The position numbers and the translations under genes are program-made. From the NCBI GenBank assembly GCA_038230775.1, contig JBBRMQ010000002.1, forward strand, positions 1-47,003: a stretch of 47,003 nucleotides of DNA. The letters are read 5' to 3'. This document shows positions 41,501 through 47,003 of this stretch, piece after piece. Each line of letters opens with the position of its first letter. Positions within the stretch are counted from its first letter, which is position 1. The notes beneath the pieces were generated by a model. The model was not told where the DNA came from. It was given only the letters and a program-made list of their open reading frames with translations, and did not search any database. The stretch comes from Thermoanaerobaculia bacterium. Its GTDB lineage: Bacteria > Acidobacteriota > Thermoanaerobaculia > Gp7-AA8.

Positions 41501-44500
41501 CGCTGGAAGAGACCAATTCGCAGTTCGCGGTCGGCGGCTACGTCGCGCTGACAGGCGCAAAAGAATTGAACGTCGATCTTCGCGGAACGCTGGAAGCGGC
41601 GCTGCTGCAGCTCTTCATGCCCGGCACGCGGGCGGACGGCCACATCAACGTCGCGGGTGGCGTCAAAGGCACAATGGCGAAACCGCAGTTCTCCGGCAGC
41701 GCGGAGTTTCGCGACGCGCAGGTGCGCTTCCCCGGATTCCCGCAGCTCATCGATCACATCACCGGCACGCTGCTGTTCAAAGGCGACCGCGTCGATATCG
41801 ACTCACTCGCCGCAAACCTCGGTGGCGGAACGGTGACCGCCGGCGGATCGATCGCTCTTTCCGGCATGACGCCGCAAAGCGCCCGCGTCGCATTGCACGG
41901 CAAGGGCGTCGCGATCCGCTACTTCGAGGGGCTGACGGTGGAAGGCGATTTCGATCTCGTTCTGAGCGGCACCGCCAATCGGATGGGACTGCAGGGTGAC
42001 GTCAACGTTGCGCGGGCTCTGTACTTCAAGGACCTCGACTTCGGCACCACCCTTCTCAACGTCGTTCTGTCGCGGCGCGGCGTGGCACCGATTGTCTCAG
42101 CCTCGTGGCAGGACAAGGTCGCGCTCAACCTTCATCTCGTTTCCGATGACACGCTGGCGGTTCGAAACAATCTCGCCGACGTGACGGGCGGCGGCGACAT
42201 CCAGGTGGCCGGCACGCTCGCCAATCCCACCGTCATCGGTACGGTCACGCTGGACGAAGGCGGGCGCGTTCGTTTTCAGGACATCGACTACACGCTGACG
42301 CGCGGATCAATCGCATTCCAGAACCCGTTCCGCATCGATCCCTACTTCGACGTCACGCTCGAAGGTCGAATCAGCGGCGGCTTCTCCGATGTGCAGGAGT
42401 CGGGTCCGATCGACGTTACGGTCAACATCACCGGCACCATCGATCGCATCACGCCGACGATCACCAGCGATCCTCCCGCCAGCGACATCACGCTGTTTTC
42501 GCTCCTCGGCGTCGGTGCGCTCGGAGGCCAGAGCAGTGCAGGCGCATCGCCTTCGTCCAACGCCGGAAAATCTCTTCTCTACCAGTCCTTCAGTCGATTG
42601 ATCGGATCGCGCGTCCTTCCGTTCGTCGACACCTTCACGTTCGATCCGACCAGTCTCGATAGCGCATCGGGATCCGGCCCGAAGGTGACGTTCCAGAAGC
42701 GCTTGCGCAACAACGTCAGTCTGATCGTCGTGTACTACCTGACCGACCACAAGACCCGCGACATGATCGACTGGCAGATCAACCCCGAATGGGCGTTGCA
42801 GTTTATCCGCGACGACATTCGCAACGAGTATCGTGCAGAAGCGCGATACCGGCGGCCGTTCGAAGGCCATTGGAGCTGGGGAACGCGGGGGCGCAATCCG
42901 ATGGAGTTGTTAGGCCGTCTGCACGAGCTCTCCGCGCCGCCGCCCCCGGCGCAACCGGCAGCGCAAGCGATCGCTAATCCTGTGCCGGCCCCGACCGGCG
43001 CCGCGGTCGCCACGGTCAATTTCCGCTCGGACTCCCGTTTCGATACGAATGTGCTCGCGCAATACGTGGCGGTGAAAGCAGGCGCGCCGCTATCGATCCG
43101 CGATGTCCAGACATCCATCAAGAGTCTGTACGGCACCGGCGACTTCCGCGACATTCGCGTCGAGACCACGACGTCCGCCGCCGGCTTGAACGTGACGTTC
43201 GCCCTGTTCGTGAATTACCGCGTCACGAGGATCCGCTTCGAGGGCCTGAAGAACGCCGATCGCGACCGCGCCAGCCGCGATCTCACGGTGCACACCGGAG
43301 ACGTGTTCTCCGACAACGCGGTCGAGCACAGCGCGACGGCGATCCAGGATTTTATGCGCCATTCCGGCTATCTCGCCGCGACCGTCGATCAGGAATCGAC
43401 GTTCGTGCGTGCGGAGGGAAGGGCCAACGTGACGTTTACCGTGAACGAAGGCCAGCGGGCCGAGGTGGGGGCGGTGGTGATCAGCGGGGACGTCGCACCG
43501 TTCACCGCCGCGAACCTCATCGAGCAGATGCGGCGCGGTCCGGGCAAGACGTTCACGATCAACGACGCCCGCCTCGATGCCGAGCGCATGCAGCGATTCA
43601 TGATCCGCAAGGACTACCGGAAATCCGACGTTCGCTATACCGGCGAGACCTACGACGCTCCGAGCAACAAAGTGACGCTGCAATATCGCGCCACTTCCGG
43701 GCCCATCGTCAAGGTTGCGATCGACGGACCGACGAGCCGCTCCACCCGCCGGCTGCTGCCCTTCAGTCGCAATCAGGCGTACAGCGAGGACGTGATCGAT
43801 CGCGCCTCGAACGACGTCGTCAACAACCTCCAGCAGTCGGGATTCTTCAACGCCGCCGTCGATACGGATGAGGGCCTCAGCGGGAACATCTGGACCACAA
43901 CGTTCCACATCCGGCCCGGAAAACAGTTCCACCTCGCCGCGGTCACCTTCAGCGGGAACGCGACCGTTCCCGACAAGCAGCTGGCCGGAGTGGTGGCCAC
44001 GTCGGTGGCGGGCGGATTCCGATCATTCGCGTCGCACCTCTTCCGTCGTGCAACCGGAGTGACGAGGCCGCAGCTCAGCGCGGATCGCGACGCGCTCGAG
44101 TCCTACTATCGCCTCAACGGCTACTCGATCGCGACGGTGGCCACACCGGTCGTCAACCCGAAACCCGACGGCACGATGACCGTGGACTTCCCCGTCATTG
44201 AGGGTCCGCAAACCATCGTGGCGTCGGTCGGCGTCGAAGGCAGTGAACAGGTTCCGGGATCGGAACTGCCGGCGCTCCTTCTGAAACCCGGTCAGCCGTT
44301 GAACCCCCAGTTCGAGCGGGCGGACATCGTCAATCTGCAGACGTTCTACGGCGATCGCGGCAACGCGGAAGTACAGATCAAGCCGCGCGAAGAGATCAGC
44401 GCCGACAAGAAATCGGCGAAGCTCGTCTACGTCGTCGCTGAAGGACCAAAGATCAAAGTTGACGACGTGATTGTGCGCGGCAACACGTACACCAGCAGCA

Positions 44501-45822
44501 GCGTCATCCTCCGCCAATCGCAACTGGAGAAGGGAAAGCCCTTCAGCTACACATCGATCCTCGAAGCGCAGCGCAACCTCTACCGGCTGGGAATCTTCCA
44601 GCGCGTCGACATCCAGCCGGAGCAGACGGGAACTTCGGTCGCCGATCGCAACGTGGTCATCTCGGTGACCGAGGGGAAAGATTTGACCGTGGCGGGGGCG
44701 TTCGGGTTGAGCGCTGGAATCGATAAGACCTCATCAGGCAAACGACTGGCACTGCTCGGTGAAGCGTCGATCGCACACCGCAATCTTTTCGGCACCGGAC
44801 GGTTTCTGGGGCTTCAAATCGTCGGCTCGATTCCCAGGGACCGCAGCGAAGCGGTGCTGACCTACCGCGAGCCCGCAATTGGACGCTACGACGTTCCGAT
44901 CCAGGCCACGATCTTCGACACCAAACAATTGCGCCGCGGAGCGCTGGTCAATGAGCGCGGTTTCTCCGTGGAAGCGTCCAAGGTCGCGTTTTCGCAAACG
45001 CGTTGGTCGCTGCGCTACGAATACCGGCTGTCCGAATGCGTCATTCAGTCGAATAAAGACGACGTTTGCGCGCTGCTGGCGCAGGGAGTCTTGCCTCCGG
45101 GTCTGGACCGCACAATCGGCGGCATCAACATCTCCAGCATCACGCCGACGTTCTTCTGGGATCGCCGCGATGACCCCATCAATCCGACGCGCGGGTTCTT
45201 TACGAGCGCGTCGGTGCACTATGCATTTCCGTTCATCCGCGCCAACGCGAATCTGCTGAAGGAATTCACGCAGGGGTCGTGGTATCTGCCGGTGACCGCG
45301 CGCACCGTGTTTGCGGTGTCGGGACGCTTCGGGATGATTCAGCCGCTCGGACGCGATCCGAAGACGGGGCTCCGTCTCCCCGTTCCGCTGACGGAGAAAT
45401 TCACGGCCGGCGGAGACACCTCGAATCGCGCGTATGGACTCGATCTCCTCGGGACCGTTTGTCCCGATCCGACGGACACGAGCTGCCGCCCGACGATGGT
45501 CCTTCTCGACGACGGCAAGGTGGCTCCGATCGGCGGAAACGGCATCTTCATTACGAACGCGGAGTATCGCTTCCCGCTCTTCAGCTCCGTCGGCGGCGCG
45601 GTGTTCGTCGATGCCGGCAACACCTACGCGGATTCCACACTCGACATCGGCAACTTGCGCTACGGCGTCGGCGCTGGAATCCGCTACCTCTCCCCGGTCG
45701 GCCCGCTGCGTTTCGACTTCGGCTACAAGCTGAAGCGCCAGATCATCGGATTCGACGATGCGCACAAACCGTTGTACGAGCGGCCGTACGCCTTCTTCAT
45801 CACGATCGGGTATCCGTTCTGA
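38599..45822 (+). CDS. TamB-like (AsmA/DUF490) protein fused to POTRA repeats and an Omp85 (BamA/TamA) beta-barrel
   Basis: 2407-aa uninterrupted ORF: N-terminal TM anchor, long beta-rich AsmA-like region, DUF490-like 'ITSDPP....LFSLL' ending near 'EARYRRPF' (~42860), Pro/Ala linker, ~7 POTRA-like units (~43006-44675), barrel with 'HRNLFGTG', 'FTAGGDTSNRAY', 'FVDAGN', 'SPVGPLRFDFG', terminal 'IGYPF'. Confidence 0.9.
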   Translation: MDDPTPPAEGHHHETARQRQRRGPMRGCLRWILFSFGGLLLLLFFVIGGGWFYLGSASFADLVRLRIQGTLESKLGRKVEIGSVEIVRTGTKKVIINDIRIANSPGAANPYFATVKQATITGGIDSFLGRKITVSRVDVVEPHLYFEVYPAGSKLVHNFPQWNSGPKGKYDIYHLNLGTLFIANGAFDFLDRRHDIAAAIEQITSKIDVTSKEDLYAGVASSPLFRTRIQNYVPFDTDFRAKIRYTPGVLELTSVAMNGPNMRIFLSGRLDPLTEGAYNLRVTSQIGLDRIKQIFAVQRPLEGVVEFDTTLKGKQGTFTMAGGWVSPRLRADVYELTNARGQMNITDTRAVIDVQRAGYGGGSISAHYLLPQYAEPYPMSVDLKYNNVSVEKLFTDWGIQDTGLRGGATGMLAYHWEKDRLLAGAGEGSATLSKNAPAFSHAQYPIAVAGSTNFALDNGLVTFRRLDLNTDASRIALTGKLRISDVYTDFLAKIHSTDFSELDRIGFNFAHSAGKKTYTLLGLGGAGDISGTIRGKLKTPQVVAKIAGSAIKYNNIALGDGDIDLRYDGDRSVMTFDRATFRDANGSLTLTGTVAFPDLGPSPVFDLAIDAANYPVEKAMATVSLKLAIHGLGTGRAIVTGTPDSGKVTFAGLTIRQGTSTLKLNGTTAWLPGKGNVNFDLDIATQSFPVADIIKFLDLGTLPVTGDLTGALHLGGPKNALGGNGTIAIRNGSIYGEPVTSATANVTFTQGTMRATDLNVVSPAGTISGQAEFNLNTNQFSYTIQSSSVDLSKLKALSSLAGILGGNVTLSSTGAGSMEQPEVVLTATLNQATLRGLNFPADAPPPQVYIAIRNGQLIVRGSAADILSIDGTGTVATDGTLAGNVQIKITDIARALALSPNTVALPASGKLTANLQLGGKMSALEALRIDATFPEFDVRVSEHQFVPARPLHIALRDGRLVFDQFDLALEETNSQFAVGGYVALTGAKELNVDLRGTLEAALLQLFMPGTRADGHINVAGGVKGTMAKPQFSGSAEFRDAQVRFPGFPQLIDHITGTLLFKGDRVDIDSLAANLGGGTVTAGGSIALSGMTPQSARVALHGKGVAIRYFEGLTVEGDFDLVLSGTANRMGLQGDVNVARALYFKDLDFGTTLLNVVLSRRGVAPIVSASWQDKVALNLHLVSDDTLAVRNNLADVTGGGDIQVAGTLANPTVIGTVTLDEGGRVRFQDIDYTLTRGSIAFQNPFRIDPYFDVTLEGRISGGFSDVQESGPIDVTVNITGTIDRITPTITSDPPASDITLFSLLGVGALGGQSSAGASPSSNAGKSLLYQSFSRLIGSRVLPFVDTFTFDPTSLDSASGSGPKVTFQKRLRNNVSLIVVYYLTDHKTRDMIDWQINPEWALQFIRDDIRNEYRAEARYRRPFEGHWSWGTRGRNPMELLGRLHELSAPPPPAQPAAQAIANPVPAPTGAAVATVNFRSDSRFDTNVLAQYVAVKAGAPLSIRDVQTSIKSLYGTGDFRDIRVETTTSAAGLNVTFALFVNYRVTRIRFEGLKNADRDRASRDLTVHTGDVFSDNAVEHSATAIQDFMRHSGYLAATVDQESTFVRAEGRANVTFTVNEGQRAEVGAVVISGDVAPFTAANLIEQMRRGPGKTFTINDARLDAERMQRFMIRKDYRKSDVRYTGETYDAPSNKVTLQYRATSGPIVKVAIDGPTSRSTRRLLPFSRNQAYSEDVIDRASNDVVNNLQQSGFFNAAVDTDEGLSGNIWTTTFHIRPGKQFHLAAVTFSGNATVPDKQLAGVVATSVAGGFRSFASHLFRRATGVTRPQLSADRDALESYYRLNGYSIATVATPVVNPKPDGTMTVDFPVIEGPQTIVASVGVEGSEQVPGSELPALLLKPGQPLNPQFERADIVNLQTFYGDRGNAEVQIKPREEISADKKSAKLVYVVAEGPKIKVDDVIVRGNTYTSSSVILRQSQLEKGKPFSYTSILEAQRNLYRLGIFQRVDIQPEQTGTSVADRNVVISVTEGKDLTVAGAFGLSAGIDKTSSGKRLALLGEASIAHRNLFGTGRFLGLQIVGSIPRDRSEAVLTYREPAIGRYDVPIQATIFDTKQLRRGALVNERGFSVEASKVAFSQTRWSLRYEYRLSECVIQSNKDDVCALLAQGVLPPGLDRTIGGINISSITPTFFWDRRDDPINPTRGFFTSASVHYAFPFIRANANLLKEFTQGSWYLPVTARTVFAVSGRFGMIQPLGRDPKTGLRLPVPLTEKFTAGGDTSNRAYGLDLLGTVCPDPTDTSCRPTMVLLDDGKVAPIGGNGIFITNAEYRFPLFSSVGGAVFVDAGNTYADSTLDIGNLRYGVGAGIRYLSPVGPLRFDFGYKLKRQIIGFDDAHKPLYERPYAFFITIGYPF

Positions 45823-45823
45823 G

Positions 45824-45913
45824 AGTAAGGAAGTAAGGCCGTAGAAACCGTAGAACGACCAAGTAAACCAAGGTGCGTCTACCTGGTTTCTACGGCCTTA
45901 CATCCTTACTTTT
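45824..45913. terminator. Long imperfect inverted repeat between convergent genes (possible terminator or repeat element)
   Basis: AGTAAGGAAGTAAGGCCGTAGAAACC... pairs with ...GGTTTCTACGGCCTTACATCCTTACT, followed by TTT; the arms are built from 8-9-nt GTA(A/G) units. Confidence 0.55.
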
Positions 45914-46121
45914 GAAGACGCTCAGCCTCGAGGATCGCGACGCGTGCGCGGAGATCGGTGATCTCGTTCTGCAGCTTAGACAGGTCGTCTTTCACTGCCT
46001 CGCGAGCGATGTCGTGCAGTTTGGACTGCAGGCGCTTGACCTGCTCGGACTGGAAGTTCGAGAGGCGGTTGAACGACTCTCCGAAAGTGTCTTTGAGCAT
46101 CTGTTCGAAGTCGGTGGGCAT
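45906..46121 (-). CDS. Small coiled-coil protein (phasin/UbiK-like appearance)
   Basis: 71 aa, typical codon usage, C-terminal heptads 'LSKLQNEITDLRARVAILE'. Confidence 0.65.
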   Translation of the reverse strand: MPTDFEQMLKDTFGESFNRLSNFQSEQVKRLQSKLHDIAREAVKDDLSKLQNEITDLRARVAILEAERLQK

Positions 46122-46182
46122 ACCCGTGGGGGCAGCAATTGAAGTGCCACGGCGGGACGTGGGAGAATCGGCGACCTCGCTG

Positions 46183-46518
46183 ATGCCAATCCGGAGCTTT
46201 GCCGACTTCTGGCCGTATTACGTCCGGGCCCACGCAAAGGAGCGAACGCGCGTCCTGCATGCAACCGGCTCGGTTCTGGCCGTCGTGATGCTGGGAGTGG
46301 CGCTGACGGTCAACATGTGGTGGCTGCTCGCTGTGCCGCTCGTCGGCTACTCCTTCGCCTGGTACGCGCACTTCTTCGTGGAGGGAAACAAGCCCGCGAC
46401 CTTCGGGCATCCGTTCTACTCGCTGGTGGCGGACTACCGGATGTTGTTCCTGATGATGGCGGGGCGGATGGACGAACAGGTTGCGCTCCACGCCGGGGCG
46501 ACGCAGACTACGCCGTAA
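46183..46518 (+). CDS. DUF962 (Mpo1-like) membrane protein
   Basis: 'SFADFWPYY..AH....R.LH..G', 'GYSFAWYAHFFVEGNKPATF.HP.YSL..DYRM'. Confidence 0.9.
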   Translation: MPIRSFADFWPYYVRAHAKERTRVLHATGSVLAVVMLGVALTVNMWWLLAVPLVGYSFAWYAHFFVEGNKPATFGHPFYSLVADYRMLFLMMAGRMDEQVALHAGATQTTP

Positions 46519-46520
46519 TC

Positions 46521-47003
46521 ATGGGATTGCTCGAAGGAAAAACCGGAATCGTTTTCGGCGTCGCGAACAAGCGCTCGATCGCCTGGGCGATCGCGCAGGC
46601 TCTCGCGCGCGAAGGCATGCGGCTCGCTTTCAGCTATCAGGGCGAACGGTTGAAGGAAGGGGTCGAAGCACTGACGACGACCCTGCCGGGCTCCTCGCTT
46701 CTGCCGTGCGACGTGACGAGTGATGCGGACGTTGACACCGTTTTCCGCAGCGTAGGCGAGACTTTTGGACGCCTCGATGCACTCGTCCACTCGGTGGCGT
46801 TCGCTCCCAAGGAAGATCTCGAGAACGAATTCGTGAAAACGAGCCGCGATGGATTCAAGCTGGCGCACGACATCTCCGCATACTCGCTCGTCGCTCTCAC
46901 GCGTGCCGCGTTGCCGCTGATGGAGACCTCCGGCGGCGGTGCGGTTCTCGCGCTGACGTACTACGGCGCCGAGAAAGCGATCGAGGGTTACAACCTGATG
47001 GGC
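46521..47003 (+). CDS. fabI: Enoyl-ACP reductase (partial, runs off window end)
   Basis: Read by hand: MGLLEGKTGIVFGVANKRSIAWAIAQ...SYQGERL...CDV...VHSVAFAP...DISAYSL...LTYYGAEK..GYNLMG. Confidence 0.95.
   Translation, partial: MGLLEGKTGIVFGVANKRSIAWAIAQALAREGMRLAFSYQGERLKEGVEALTTTLPGSSLLPCDVTSDADVDTVFRSVGETFGRLDALVHSVAFAPKEDLENEFVKTSRDGFKLAHDISAYSLVALTRAALPLMETSGGGAVLALTYYGAEKAIEGYNLMG

Overview
GC-rich, gene-dense bacterial chromosome segment. The gene content (VWFA-related protein, 'ARLLVSEIKLYN' protein, FmdB zinc ribbon, DUF2339/DUF3999 pair) suggests Acidobacteriota, but that is inference. There are about 37 CDS, mostly housekeeping, envelope and metabolic: OPT transporter, uvrA, S41 peptidase, a PP2C-mobB-HAD-serB-aminotransferase-serA-TlpA-AKR operon, a VWA/thioredoxin trio, lytic transglycosylase, Ddl-like ATP-grasp, eno, MarR, diguanylate cyclase, GH15, glycerate kinase and fabI (partial). 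No rRNA, tRNA, CRISPR array, transposase or phage gene was recognised. Most notable: (1) a single 2407-aa ORF joining an inner-membrane-anchored TamB-like protein to ~7 POTRA domains and an Omp85 barrel; (2) at least four families of non-autonomous palindromic repeats, including TA-flanked MITEs whose ends coincide with stop codons, nested elements, and REP doublets translated in frame inside uvrA and a diguanylate cyclase; (3) a recurrent GTTAGGY heptamer that places rare TTA codons in conserved genes; (4) several apparently leaderless or short-leader genes, including a 29-bp bidirectional promoter; (5) a possible yigZ remnant cut off next to a repeat. All calls are by-eye motif recognition; no database search was run.
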